A stretch of 62,950 nt of DNA, counting the filler, from Candidatus Woesearchaeota archaeon (GTDB lineage: Archaea; Nanobdellota; Nanobdellia; Woesearchaeales; JACPBO01), in assembly GCA_016180285.1 (NCBI GenBank). It is 5 parts of 5 records of this genome, joined end to end, with 100 filler letters (N's around TTAATTAATTAA, not from the genome) between each part and the next. Parts side by side here need not be neighbours in the genome. Positions count along the whole stretch, not along the records: positions 36,299 to 58,839 come from JACPBO010000018.1; 4 more parts are not named here. One strand, written 5' to 3'. Every line of letters starts with the position of its first letter. The stretch's first letter is position 1. The notes under the pieces are model-generated. The model had not been told where the DNA came from. It ran no database searches and saw nothing but the letters and a program-made list of their open reading frames with translations. Made by a program: the position numbers and the translations under genes. Below, one piece after another: positions 39,454 to 49,182 of this stretch.

Positions 39454-39797
39454 CGAAACTATTCAAAAACAAGAAAGGGTATGATTTTTATACAGACTGG
39501 GCTGAGACTGTTGCAATTATAGTGCTTGTTGCAGGGTTTTACCTTTCAGCTTCTGCCGGCTCTGCCTTTTTGCAGTATGTTACTGCATTCTTATGCGGCT
39601 TAATGACCGGAAGGATGTGGTTTTACAGGAAAAAAAGATTAAAGGTGCCTTTTATCCTTGGCTTTATATTTTTCCTGATTGGATTTGTATTAGGAGTTTT
39701 TATCAGGGGATTTGGAAGCGTGATAGTAATATTAATTCTGTTTATTCTGGCTAATGTTATAAGCTATTATGCGCATGAAAAAGGATATGTAAGATGA
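39450..39797 (+). CDS. Small four-TM membrane protein
   Basis: Hydrophobic 115 aa with ATGA overlaps on both sides. Confidence 0.7.
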   Translation: MTKLFKNKKGYDFYTDWAETVAIIVLVAGFYLSASAGSAFLQYVTAFLCGLMTGRMWFYRKKRLKVPFILGFIFFLIGFVLGVFIRGFGSVIVILILFILANVISYYAHEKGYVR

Positions 39798-40351
39798 TTG
39801 TTAAGCTTTGTGAGAATATATATAAGCTGAGTGCTGACTCGAATGTTTATCTTCTTGAGAATGAGAAGATTGTGGTTGATACAGGACCAAGAAGCAAGAG
39901 AAGCGAGCTGCTGAGATTTCTGGATAAGGTCATTCCCTTGAATGAAGTGATAAAAGTTTATTTTACTCATTTGCATTATGACCATATTGGAAATTTTGAT
40001 TTGTTTGCGAATGCGGAGTTTTTTGCCGGTGCTGCTGAGATTGAGGATTTTAAGAAAGATAAGAAAGCGGCTATTTTAGATGATGATATGGTCCAGAAGT
40101 TTAATTCTGAGCTGAAAACTGCTGTTTCTGATGAGGTTTTTCAGGTGATTGAAACGCCAGGGCATACGCGCGGATCAATATGCTTATTTTATCCAAAGCA
40201 GTTTGTCTTGTTTACAGGCGATACATTGTTCAACAAAAAGATGCTTGGCAGAGTGGATCTGCCGACTTCTGTGCCTGCTGAGATCAAGAAATCGATTGTT
40301 AAATTGCTTGGCTGCAATTTCAAGATATTGGCGCCAGGGCATGATTATTGA
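39794..40351 (+). CDS. Metallo-beta-lactamase-fold hydrolase
   Basis: THLHYDH, TPGHT, FTGD, PGH. Confidence 0.92.
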   Translation: MIVKLCENIYKLSADSNVYLLENEKIVVDTGPRSKRSELLRFLDKVIPLNEVIKVYFTHLHYDHIGNFDLFANAEFFAGAAEIEDFKKDKKAAILDDDMVQKFNSELKTAVSDEVFQVIETPGHTRGSICLFYPKQFVLFTGDTLFNKKMLGRVDLPTSVPAEIKKSIVKLLGCNFKILAPGHDY

Positions 40352-40764
40352 AAGTTTTGCAGCCTGTAATAAGTATGATGTTTTCCTTTTTGTGTCTTCT
40401 TGGTTTTTTTAAATCCAAATTGTTCATAAAACGAAACAGACGATTTAGGGCTCATCAAATAGATTCTTTTGTTTATAAAATCTTTAAGAATTTTTTTGAT
40501 TATTCTTGTTCCCGTCCCTTTTTTCCTGTAATTTTTACATATAGCCATTCTTTGGATTCTGTAAATGTTCCCTTCTTTTCTTACTCTGGCAGTTCCAATC
40601 ACTTTATTACCTTGTTTAGCAACATAGATTTTTGAAGTAAGATCATATTTATCTGGTTCTGATTTGAATATTGAATATCTATTTTCAGAAACAAGCACTT
40701 TTCTTCTTAGAAAAATGACTTGCAGCACTTCGTCCTTTGTTTTTGCTTCTTTTATTAAGACCAT
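40345..40764 (-). CDS. GNAT acetyltransferase
   Basis: IGTAR, RMAI..YRKKGTG, FYEQFGF. Confidence 0.85.
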   Translation of the reverse strand: MVLIKEAKTKDEVLQVIFLRRKVLVSENRYSIFKSEPDKYDLTSKIYVAKQGNKVIGTARVRKEGNIYRIQRMAICKNYRKKGTGTRIIKKILKDFINKRIYLMSPKSSVSFYEQFGFKKTKKTQKGKHHTYYRLQNFQ

Positions 40765-40837
40765 GTGTTATGAAATAGTTTACTTATTTATAAATCATCT
40801 CATAAACTATTTAAATGAATTTTAATTACCTCTTGGA

Positions 40838-41443
40838 ATGGGGAACTTGATAATAAAAAAGGCTGAGGCGGGCCTTTCTACAGAATATGGATCTTTTAAG
40901 ATAATAGTTTATGAAACTAAGGAGAAAGACCATCATGTTGCCTTAGTCAAAGGCGATGTTAGAAACAAGGAAAATGTCCTTGTAAGGGTGCATTCGCAAT
41001 GCATTACAGGTGATGTTTTTAAAAGCTTAAGATGCGACTGCGGGGAGCAGCTGGAGAAAGCGCTTTCGATCATAGCTGAAAAAGGAGGAGTGCTGCTTTA
41101 TCTGAGGCAGGAAGGAAGGGGGATCGGGTTGTTGAATAAGATCAAAGCCTATGCATTGCAGGACAGGGGAATGGATACAGTTGAAGCGAATGAAAAGCTT
41201 GGGTTTAAGGCAGATGAAAGGGATTATACAATCGGGGCGCAGATACTGGTTGATCTTGGCCTGAGAACAATAAGGCTGCTGACAAATAATCCGCACAAAA
41301 TAAAAGGATTGGAGAAATATGGGCTGAAAGTTGCTGATAGAATTCCATTGATTGTTGAGCCAAATAAAACAAATGAAAGGTATCTTAAGGCTAAAAAAGA
41401 AAAACTGGGGCATTTGATGGAGGATGTTGGAATTGTAAGATAA
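40838..41443 (+). CDS. ribA: GTP cyclohydrolase II
   Basis: [30 protein letters not shown]. Confidence 0.96.
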   Translation: MGNLIIKKAEAGLSTEYGSFKIIVYETKEKDHHVALVKGDVRNKENVLVRVHSQCITGDVFKSLRCDCGEQLEKALSIIAEKGGVLLYLRQEGRGIGLLNKIKAYALQDRGMDTVEANEKLGFKADERDYTIGAQILVDLGLRTIRLLTNNPHKIKGLEKYGLKVADRIPLIVEPNKTNERYLKAKKEKLGHLMEDVGIVR

Positions 41444-41505
41444 AATCAATTGAAGATTTGTCTTAAATTAGATAGATTGAATATCTCGTGTTTTAAGATC
41501 ATGGG

Positions 41506-42190
41506 AAGGCGGCGAAGTTATTTCTTTTTAACATCCTCTTTCATCATTTTAATAATCTCTGGAAACTTAGATATTTTAAAATGCCCATTTTTACTTTTAT
41601 AGATAACAATATTTGCATTTTTTAGTTTCTTCTCATATTTTTTAGCGTGAGATACTGGAACAACAGGGTCATCTTTTGAAAATAATAAATTGAGGTTTTT
41701 GGAATTTTTCTCAATCATCGATAAATCTGATTTAAGTTTGAATCCGCCAACTAAATCTTCTCCGTGTAAAGTATCATTAAATGGCGGACAAATTAAATAA
41801 GTTGACAATATTTTTTTAGGGAACTTATTTTCTGATAAATACTTTGCGAGAAAAATTCCGCCTAGTGATGATCCAATTAAAATGATGTTGTTTCTCAAGT
41901 GAGGAAATTGTCTTTCAAAATGAATCTTCCACTCTTCATATTTTGCATTATCTTGTAAAGGCATGCGTGGTTTTATGATTTCAAACTCTTTTCCTAATTT
42001 TTTCTTTAAATAATCATCGCCCCACTTTATTTCTTCCTCAATTGATATTTTTCTGGTTTTTAAAAAATGTAAGTAGTCTTTTTTACTTTTAAAAGTCATT
42101 CCGCCACGGATTATTAATATCTGAGTTTTCTTTTTCGTCATAATGGGCATGGTTTAATCAAACTTTATTAATTTATCTCTTCGCCGCCTT
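41506..42190. mobile_element. Single-gene cassette bounded by a perfect 12-bp inverted repeat
   Basis: AAGGCGGCGAAG (41506-41517) / CTTCGCCGCCTT (42179-42190). Confidence 0.5.
41518..42150 (-). CDS. RBBP9/YdeN-type alpha/beta hydrolase
   Basis: GSSLG nucleophile elbow, SKDDPVV, GHF. Confidence 0.85.
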   Translation of the reverse strand: MPIMTKKKTQILIIRGGMTFKSKKDYLHFLKTRKISIEEEIKWGDDYLKKKLGKEFEIIKPRMPLQDNAKYEEWKIHFERQFPHLRNNIILIGSSLGGIFLAKYLSENKFPKKILSTYLICPPFNDTLHGEDLVGGFKLKSDLSMIEKNSKNLNLLFSKDDPVVPVSHAKKYEKKLKNANIVIYKSKNGHFKISKFPEIIKMMKEDVKKK

Positions 42191-42303
42191 TAGGTGGGGG
42201 TTAGAAATAAGCCATCGCTATTGCTGATAACGATCTTTAAGTGCATTGCCACTGGACATCTCTGCCCATAACCTATTTAAAGGGCAAGTCATTACGTAAG
42301 CTC

Positions 42304-42613
42304 ATGGATCCCAATAACGCATTAGTTGCCTTTCAAGGGAAGAAGATAAGAAGGACATGGTTTAATGATGAATAGTGGTTTGTCGCTGCCGACATTGTTG
42401 AGGCATTGACTGATTCAAAGGATCCAAATGGCTATTTAAAAGATATGCGCAGGAGAGATGACGGTTTTGCTCAGGGATGGGGGCAAATTGCCACCCCCCT
42501 TTCAATTGATACTTCTGGCGGAAAGCAGAGTATGAATTGCACTAATACTAAGGGGGCATTTAGAATAATTCAGTCTATTCAGTCTCTTAATGCAGGAACC
42601 ATTCAGCCATTAA
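42304..42613 (+). pseudogene. Bro-N domain (phage antirepressor-like) pseudogene
   Basis: MDPNNALVAFQGKKIRRTWFNDE*WF...RIIQSI. In-frame TAG at 42373, apparent frameshift near 42596 (AEPF continues in another frame), then truncation. Confidence 0.78.
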
Positions 42614-42622
42614 AGGCCACAA

Positions 42623-43366
42623 TCAATAAACCTTCATCAGCTTTCTCAGGCCCATGCTGAAGATCAAAGACAGAATGATATAAGTCCCAAGCCAACCTAA
42701 TTTCCATCCGAACAGATTCATCACAATCATCTTATCATTGCTAATTGTGATCTTCTTGATCACGCTGCCTTTAAGCGCAATCTCAGGCTGTTTGTAAGCG
42801 CGTCCTTTTGTGATCAGCACTTCATTGCTGTAAGTCTTGTTATTCAGAGAATATGTTAACTTATATTCGCCTTCTTTCCCAGTCAGTTTCCATACTATTT
42901 TATTGCCAGCAATCTGCTGCGTCTCATTACCGCTTATTGCAATCCCTTCAGGAATAATATTCAGCATAACATTTCCTGTTGCTCCTTCAACAAACTCCAA
43001 AGTTGTTGTGAAATCCTGGCCAGGCAGTATCGGATGATAGGCAAAATTAGCAGCAAGCCACCCATAAATAAGTATTACGGGCAAAAGCGTGATCAATGTA
43101 GGCCTCATTGAATGCGACATGTACTTCATATTGATCTCCATTGATTTCTTCTGGATCTCCATGACTTTCTTGGGGTCATTCTTGTTCTGCTTCGTCTCAG
43201 CCTGATACTTCTTAAGGTCATCCTTCATCTCTTTCATCAGTTTTTGATTCGTAAGATACTTGTAAGCAATTATTATAATGAGTGAAATAATAAGTGAAAT
43301 AATAAAAATCGCCAAAAAAGTATTTAGCTGAAGAAGAGGGCCTAAAACAGGATCTAAAAAGCTCAT
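42623..43366 (-). CDS. DUF106 / EMC3-TMCO1 (Oxa1-superfamily) membrane insertase
   Basis: TM-coiled coil-TM layout, MRPTLIT.LP, GWLGTYI; immediately after secY. Confidence 0.85.
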   Translation of the reverse strand: MSFLDPVLGPLLQLNTFLAIFIISLIISLIIIIAYKYLTNQKLMKEMKDDLKKYQAETKQNKNDPKKVMEIQKKSMEINMKYMSHSMRPTLITLLPVILIYGWLAANFAYHPILPGQDFTTTLEFVEGATGNVMLNIIPEGIAISGNETQQIAGNKIVWKLTGKEGEYKLTYSLNNKTYSNEVLITKGRAYKQPEIALKGSVIKKITISNDKMIVMNLFGWKLGWLGTYIILSLIFSMGLRKLMKVY

Positions 43367-43369
43367 TAT

Positions 43370-44764
43370 TCATCCTCCCATAAATTTTCTCATCATTGGA
43401 TTCATGTCCATCATGTGCTGCTTTGCAATATCCTCATATAGCCTGTAAATAATCATAACAGCCAATAAAATTCCAGTTCCATTGCTTAATGCTCCTGAAA
43501 TATCGGCAAGCGAAGCTAAAAAACCCACAAGAATTGCTCCCATTACAGTAAGCGGCCATATATACCTGTCCAATAATCTTTCAAGCACCCTTTCATCTCT
43601 CCTGAATCCCGGAATCTGCAATCCAGATGCCATCATTTGCTTTGCCTGGCTTCGCGCATCCATGCCGGATGTCTGAACCCAGAATATCGAAAAAACTATT
43701 GCGCCTGCAATCATAAATAAAGTATAAACCGCAGCGCGCCATATGTCAAATCCTGTCAAGCTGCCCTCAATCAGGCTGCGGACAACATTCGGCGGCGTAA
43801 CTAAAAGAACAAACCCCGATGCAGGGCTTCCTTGCGATGTAAAAGTCCCAAGCAAAGGGTGCCCCCAGTTCTGCAGCAATGTCGCCAGTAATTGCACATT
43901 GGCAAGCAAAGCAGCAACTAAAATAACGGGTATGTTGCTGGTATAAATAAAATGCAGAGGCCATCTTATGCCGTGCCCTCTTATTCTTCCGAAGCTTAAT
44001 GGTATTTCTATTTTCATAGCCTGCCCATAAACTGCTATTGCAAAAACAACTATTGTTGCAATTATGGATGCGATTGCAAGCCCAGCTCCTATAGGATTCT
44101 GCGTAGCCAATGATCTGAAAAATTCCGGGATTGCTCCGACAAAGCTTTCAGGATTAGTTGCAGGATGCAGCCAGCTTAATGCCCTTATGAAAATGCTTTC
44201 CGACACTCCGGCGGCAATAAACAGGCTGATTCCGGACCCAAATCCCCACTTGCTGACAACTTCATCCATAAACAGGACAAGCAATCCTCCTAACAATAAT
44301 TGAAATATGAGCAATAATTGCAGCTGAAAATAAACTCCTGTTCCGATGAAGCCTGGAGATGGAGCCAATCCGCCCATAAAAACATAAATAGCAGCTTCAA
44401 GCAATATGAAAAACACAGACAAGATTTTCTGCACGCCCTGGAAATATTGCTTTCCTTCATGCGTTGTCAGGTCAAACTTCACTATTCCCGACCCATTCAG
44501 CAACTGCAGCACAATTGATGCTGTCACTATAGGCCCGATTCCAAGAGACATTATAGAGCCAAATTTAGCGCCCAATATAACGGCCAAAAACTCAAATCTT
44601 TGCAGCTGGTTCGGCCCTAATCCAAAAAGAGGAATAAGGCTCAGAACATAAAAAAGAACAAGGATTATCAGTGTCCACTTCAGCTTTTCCTTAAAGGAAA
44701 GCACTCTCTGCTTCGGCCCTTCCACGCCTGGAAGGTTCATCAGCAAATTTTGAAAACCAGGCAT
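43370..44764 (-). CDS. secY: Preprotein translocase SecY
   Basis: LGIGPIVTAS, YTSNIP, IPGFRRD, GTGILL. Confidence 0.98.
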   Translation of the reverse strand: MPGFQNLLMNLPGVEGPKQRVLSFKEKLKWTLIILVLFYVLSLIPLFGLGPNQLQRFEFLAVILGAKFGSIMSLGIGPIVTASIVLQLLNGSGIVKFDLTTHEGKQYFQGVQKILSVFFILLEAAIYVFMGGLAPSPGFIGTGVYFQLQLLLIFQLLLGGLLVLFMDEVVSKWGFGSGISLFIAAGVSESIFIRALSWLHPATNPESFVGAIPEFFRSLATQNPIGAGLAIASIIATIVVFAIAVYGQAMKIEIPLSFGRIRGHGIRWPLHFIYTSNIPVILVAALLANVQLLATLLQNWGHPLLGTFTSQGSPASGFVLLVTPPNVVRSLIEGSLTGFDIWRAAVYTLFMIAGAIVFSIFWVQTSGMDARSQAKQMMASGLQIPGFRRDERVLERLLDRYIWPLTVMGAILVGFLASLADISGALSNGTGILLAVMIIYRLYEDIAKQHMMDMNPMMRKFMGG

Positions 44765-44766
44765 TT

Positions 44767-45261
44767 TTATTTTTTAACAGTCTCCTCTTTTTTTCCCTGT
44801 TTAGGCGGCAATTGCTTTTTTTCAGCCAAAATCACTTCTCCGCCTGAATCTTTTATCTTCTCAACTGCATTTTCTGACGCATATTTTACATTTATTTTCA
44901 TCTTTTTTGAAGCATTCCCCGTTCCAAGCAGTTTATTATAGCCTAACTTGCCTAAATCAATATTATAAGTTCCTTTATCCTCGGTTATCAGCTTTTGCGA
45001 AATTAAAAAAGGAATCTTCTCCTGCAGGTCGTCTAAATTTATTGCATTTACATTCTCTTCCACGCCGTGGTATTTAAAGCCCATCTTTCCAAAATATCTT
45101 TTTTTCCAGTATAGGGTCTTCATCTGGTCTGCTCTTTTCCCGGTTCCGGCTCTTCCCCTGCCTCCCCTGTTTCCTGATCCTCTGTGCTTCTTCTTCGAGC
45201 CCCATCCGTGGGTGTGAGAGCCTCTCTGCCTGCTTACTTTTTTTCTTCTGTTAACAGTCAT
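44767..45261 (-). CDS. rpl15: 50S ribosomal protein uL15
   Basis: RGSHTHGWG..HRG.G.RGG.G, KLLGTG. Confidence 0.96.
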   Translation of the reverse strand: MTVNRRKKVSRQRGSHTHGWGSKKKHRGSGNRGGRGRAGTGKRADQMKTLYWKKRYFGKMGFKYHGVEENVNAINLDDLQEKIPFLISQKLITEDKGTYNIDLGKLGYNKLLGTGNASKKMKINVKYASENAVEKIKDSGGEVILAEKKQLPPKQGKKEETVKK

Positions 45262-45618
45262 CTACAGCATCCTCCTGATAAGGTCATTTATCTTCTCTCC
45301 CCTGTAGCCGAGAGCTCCGCCGACAGCGAAAGCATGCTTCAAGCCCTTTCTTCCATATCCTTTTTTTGGGGAATTCAGCCTGCAGAATTTCTTGCCTTCT
45401 TCTTTTCTTTTTTCAACAAGTTTCAGTGTTTCATCATCAATCTCGCCCCATGCAACATAGTTCTCAGCCTTTTTGATCATTCCTTTATTTGACGGGTTAT
45501 CATCTACCACAATGCAGAAATTCCTTTTGTAGAGATTGAGCATAGTCAAAGTGTCTTTTATCCCGCTTTTTATCCCGGTAGTTCCCCTTACCCTTACAAT
45601 CGCCAGTTTTTTAGACAT
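45262..45618 (-). CDS. rpl30: 50S ribosomal protein uL30
   Basis: VRVRG, YVAWGE, GALGYRG. Confidence 0.94.
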   Translation of the reverse strand: MSKKLAIVRVRGTTGIKSGIKDTLTMLNLYKRNFCIVVDDNPSNKGMIKKAENYVAWGEIDDETLKLVEKRKEEGKKFCRLNSPKKGYGRKGLKHAFAVGGALGYRGEKINDLIRRML

Positions 45619-46483
45619 TTTCTTTCTTTACCCTTCCTTCCGCTGATCCTGTTTCTTCAATATTTCGCGTGCTAGCTTTCACTTTCATAGTCTGCTTTAA
45701 AGCATCAAAGCACGCATTGACAAGGTTTATCTTTGTCACAGTCTGGCCAAGTGAATCAGACCAAACATCCTTTATCCCCGCTATTCTTAATATCTTCTGG
45801 CATTCCGGCTCAAGCACCAATCCTGTTCCTTTTGGCGCAGGCATTAATGTTAATTTCACAGACCCGCTTTTACCAGTGACTTTAAATGGAATTGAATGCG
45901 GGGTTCTGCATCCGCACTGCCAGCTTCCGCATCCTCTTCTTACTTTTATTAAATTTAATTTCGCGCTTTTCATTGCTTTTTCTCTTGCAGGAACTGTCTC
46001 GCGCGCCTTGCCATAGCCCATGCCGATATGCCCGTTGCGGTTCCCGATGACAACAACAGTTGAGAATCTTGGCTTGTTTCCCTCTCTTGTTTTCTTCTGA
46101 GTCTGCCTGAAAACCCTTCTCTTTCCGCCGCCGAACTTTCCTTTCGACTGGCCGATGAGAAGCAGGTCAATCTCTGCATCAGGCATCAGAATATCCACGA
46201 TCTCAGGCTCCATTATCTTTAGGCCGTTGTCAATTATCTGGTCAATATCATTAATCTCCCCGCTTTTCACCTTTTTGCCAATGCTGGTTTTGGGATTCCA
46301 TCTTTCCCTGTCAAATGATCCTTTTGGGATTTCCTTCTCAATCTCTTCTTCCTCAGGGACTGCCTCTATAACATCTTTGGCTTCTATCTCGAGCTTTTCC
46401 TCCTCAACAGCCTCAGGCGCGATCATAGTTTCTTCAGGTTTTTTGATTTCTTCAGTTTTTTCTTCAATCTTTTCTTTCTTCAT
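45611..46483 (-). CDS. rps5: 30S ribosomal protein uS5
   Basis: RGCGSWQC, PAPKGTG; acidic N-terminal extension. Confidence 0.96.
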   Translation of the reverse strand: MKKEKIEEKTEEIKKPEETMIAPEAVEEEKLEIEAKDVIEAVPEEEEIEKEIPKGSFDRERWNPKTSIGKKVKSGEINDIDQIIDNGLKIMEPEIVDILMPDAEIDLLLIGQSKGKFGGGKRRVFRQTQKKTREGNKPRFSTVVVIGNRNGHIGMGYGKARETVPAREKAMKSAKLNLIKVRRGCGSWQCGCRTPHSIPFKVTGKSGSVKLTLMPAPKGTGLVLEPECQKILRIAGIKDVWSDSLGQTVTKINLVNACFDALKQTMKVKASTRNIEETGSAEGRVKKENV

Positions 46484-46986
46484 TTTGCAAGTATCTTCTC
46501 CTTTACATTTGTAAACATTTTTTGGACTTCTTTTTTAGTGTAATCCTGTATGTGCTTCCCGCTTGTCCTGTTTTCGTCAGGCAGTATATCTTTTGAATGC
46601 GGAACATTTATGCCGGCATCGAGCACGCCTTTTAGCGCAGCGTATAGCCTTGAAGCCTTAACAGATCTCTGCATTCCTATATCAAGCACAACATCACCGA
46701 TCTTTTTCTCTTTCATCTTTTTTCCGAATAAAAGCCCTGTAAGATAAGCAGCAGGTATGTTGCCTTTATTGATGCTCCATCCTAATTTCTCAAGCTCGCC
46801 TGAATGCGCAGATGCCACTATCCTATCGCCTGAAGTTTGGTACTCTGCAGCCTGCAAAATTATGTTTTTCAATGACGTTCTTATTACTAAGCGGAGTTTG
46901 TTTGACAGCAGCAGAGCTAGCCTTTTCTTATAGTCTGTTTTCCCGGTTCTCCTTCTCCTGAATCTTACTGTAAATGTATTTTTCAT
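46480..46986 (-). CDS. rpl18: 50S ribosomal protein uL18
   Basis: RRRRTGKTDY, AAYLTG. Confidence 0.96.
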   Translation of the reverse strand: MKNTFTVRFRRRRTGKTDYKKRLALLLSNKLRLVIRTSLKNIILQAAEYQTSGDRIVASAHSGELEKLGWSINKGNIPAAYLTGLLFGKKMKEKKIGDVVLDIGMQRSVKASRLYAALKGVLDAGINVPHSKDILPDENRTSGKHIQDYTKKEVQKMFTNVKEKILAK

Positions 46987-47435
46987 TTTAGCCTTGCCAG
47001 TTTATGCTCCTGTATGTACAGCTCAAGGTGCCTTTTGCTTCTGAAAAATCCGCCCTTGACCTTGGCATAAAGCTCATAAAACACAGCATTGTCGATATTT
47101 TTTTTAGCCTTCAGCATCTTCAAAAACCTTCTTTGCAGCCTGACAGCATTCATCCATTTTCTTTTAGGCGGCAATCTTGCTGTATTTCTGCCTTTCCTGC
47201 TCCCAAATCCCTTATAGCGGCCTTCCTTTTTTTTCAGATGCCTTATTTTAGCCTTTAATCGTGAAACGCCTTTTTTCTGCGAGCGTGTTATTCCCTTGCC
47301 GCCTATCAGCGACCTTATATCTGCCTTTGTTATGGCTTCTTTTATCTCTTCAAGCCTTTCAACATCAAACTTTATCCTTTTAGGAGAGCATTTCAAAACC
47401 TGGGCTGCTAATCGTTTTTGAATTTTAAGTTCCAT
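46983..47435 (-). CDS. rpl19e: 50S ribosomal protein eL19 (start moved to MELK)
   Basis: QKRLAA, GSRKG..TAR, KGGFF. Confidence 0.95.
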   Translation of the reverse strand: MELKIQKRLAAQVLKCSPKRIKFDVERLEEIKEAITKADIRSLIGGKGITRSQKKGVSRLKAKIRHLKKKEGRYKGFGSRKGRNTARLPPKRKWMNAVRLQRRFLKMLKAKKNIDNAVFYELYAKVKGGFFRSKRHLELYIQEHKLARLK

Positions 47436-47436
47436 T

Positions 47437-48006
47437 TTACACCGCATCCTTCTTTGTCAGTACTTTTTCTTTTTCAAGCTTCTCCTGCTTCTTCCTGTCT
47501 TCATCGCTCAGCTCTGGTGCAACCTTTTCTTCCAGTTTATCTGATTTTTTCTCTTCTTTTTTGGTTTCTTTGAGCTCTGTGCGCCTCTTTTTTCTTTCTT
47601 TCAGCTTTTCTTCCTGCTCTTTTAAATAAGACCCTGTATCTTTAATGTTAAGCACTTTTATTCCAAGTTCAATAGCCTTTTTTAAAATCTCAACTTTCTT
47701 TTTCATTCCAACAGCTGCCGCAACCATCGCGCCTTCTGTTTTCGCGTTTATTTTTTTAAGTTCTTCAACTGAATTCACCATGATCTGCTTCAGTCCAGAC
47801 GGGTGCAGATATTTCACTTCAGCCGGCGAGCCCCATCCGTGGGCAACGCATCTGGTTTTTCCTTTGAAATGGTGCCTCATTTTTGAATGAAGCCCCTTCG
47901 GCTTTCTCCACTTTCTTCCAAGCTCTTTCTTTTTATGGTAGTCCTGCCTGAGAAAAACCGGCTTCTTTGCCTTTATTGCTTTTCTTAGTTCAAGCAGCTT
48001 GCTCAT
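47437..48006 (-). CDS. rpl32e: 50S ribosomal protein eL32
   Basis: WRKPKGLHSK, HPSG; charged C-terminal extension. Confidence 0.95.
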   Translation of the reverse strand: MSKLLELRKAIKAKKPVFLRQDYHKKKELGRKWRKPKGLHSKMRHHFKGKTRCVAHGWGSPAEVKYLHPSGLKQIMVNSVEELKKINAKTEGAMVAAAVGMKKKVEILKKAIELGIKVLNIKDTGSYLKEQEEKLKERKKRRTELKETKKEEKKSDKLEEKVAPELSDEDRKKQEKLEKEKVLTKKDAV

Positions 48007-48551
48007 TTTACTTCCTTTCCATTTTTTATTGTGATGTAAATCCCATCCTGAAAAATTCTTGGATCATAATTCGGCCTTTTTGTAAGCTGCTCTATATCTG
48101 CCGCTGCCTGGCCTGCAAGCTCCTTATTTGAAGATTCAATTGTTATTTCGCTGCCTTCAATCTTTACACTGGCGCCTTTTTTCAGCTTCAGCTTTCTCGG
48201 TATTTTTTCTCCCAAAAAATTTTTAACAGTCAGGTCATTGCCTGCAATTGAAACATTCATTGGAAAATGCCCGGAGCAGATTTTAAGCTTGTACACGTGC
48301 GGCTCCCTGATGCCCTCAATGAGATTTTTAATGTGCGCCCTAAATGAGCCAATGAGCTTCTTTTCCTTTTTCGAGCTTTTTTTAGTCGACAGTTTCAGCT
48401 TATTGCCTTCCAGCGCGAGCTTTATTTTTTCGCTGGTAAGCTTTTTTGATGCCTCATTTTTAGCAGACTTCAGCGTTAATATTCCTCCATCCAGCGTTGC
48501 CTCTACTCCGCCGGGAATTTCTATAACTGCCTCAATTGCGCCCTTTTTCAT
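48003..48551 (-). CDS. rpl6: 50S ribosomal protein uL6
   Basis: HFPM, NFLGEK, DPRIFQDGIY. Confidence 0.96.
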   Translation of the reverse strand: MKKGAIEAVIEIPGGVEATLDGGILTLKSAKNEASKKLTSEKIKLALEGNKLKLSTKKSSKKEKKLIGSFRAHIKNLIEGIREPHVYKLKICSGHFPMNVSIAGNDLTVKNFLGEKIPRKLKLKKGASVKIEGSEITIESSNKELAGQAAADIEQLTKRPNYDPRIFQDGIYITIKNGKEVK

Positions 48552-48552
48552 T

Positions 48553-48942
48553 CTAGTAACAATAAGCTATCAGCCGTCCTCCGAGTTTTTCCTTTTTAGC
48601 ATCTTCATCGCTTTTTAGGCCCTTGTTTGTTGAAACGATCAGTACGCCGAAATTTTTTGCCGGCAGATACCGTTTTTCAAATTTCTCAAAATTATTTTTG
48701 CTCACGCTGTGCCTTGGCTTTATGACCCCGCACTTGTTTATGCTGCCAAGAAGGCTGACTGTCAAGTATGAGCCCCGCCTTGTTTCATCTTCCTTGAACA
48801 ATCCGACATAATTATATCTGTTTAAAATATTGAGGACTTCCTTGATTATTTTCGAGCCTCTAACAGCACATTCCTTCCTGCCTATTTTTTCAGCGTTCAT
48901 TATCGATGACAACACATCTGAAATCGGATCATTTAATGCCAT
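48553..48942 (-). CDS. rps8: 30S ribosomal protein uS8
   Basis: INKCGVIKPR, GGRLIAY. Confidence 0.96.
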   Translation of the reverse strand: MALNDPISDVLSSIMNAEKIGRKECAVRGSKIIKEVLNILNRYNYVGLFKEDETRRGSYLTVSLLGSINKCGVIKPRHSVSKNNFEKFEKRYLPAKNFGVLIVSTNKGLKSDEDAKKEKLGGRLIAYCY

Positions 48943-48951
48943 TTTTTAACC

Positions 48952-49182
48952 TCAACTGTATTTTTTCCAGCCAATCTTTACAGCAATGTCTCGAAAGCAT
49001 TGCCTGCAGAGATTTAAGCCGTATTTGCCTATATGGCCGCCTGTTCTTCCGCAGCGCCTGCATTTCTTTGTTCCAATGCCGTACTTTCTTTCTTTCGGCG
49101 CATTGAACTTTGCAAATCTCTTAAGCTTTGCCGGCTTTGCCCTGAGCTGTTTCAGTAATTTTTTATAATAGCTTGTAGTCAT
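48952..49182 (-). CDS. rps14: 30S ribosomal protein uS14 (zinc ribbon, N-terminally extended)
   Basis: CRRC...[12 protein letters not shown]. Confidence 0.95.
   Translation of the reverse strand: MTTSYYKKLLKQLRAKPAKLKRFAKFNAPKERKYGIGTKKCRRCGRTGGHIGKYGLNLCRQCFRDIAVKIGWKKYS

Noticed and set aside
42373..42375. TAG read-through or alternative genetic code
   Set aside because: The same gene also has a frameshift and truncation, and TAG terminates intact genes such as dapF, rpl30 and rps8.
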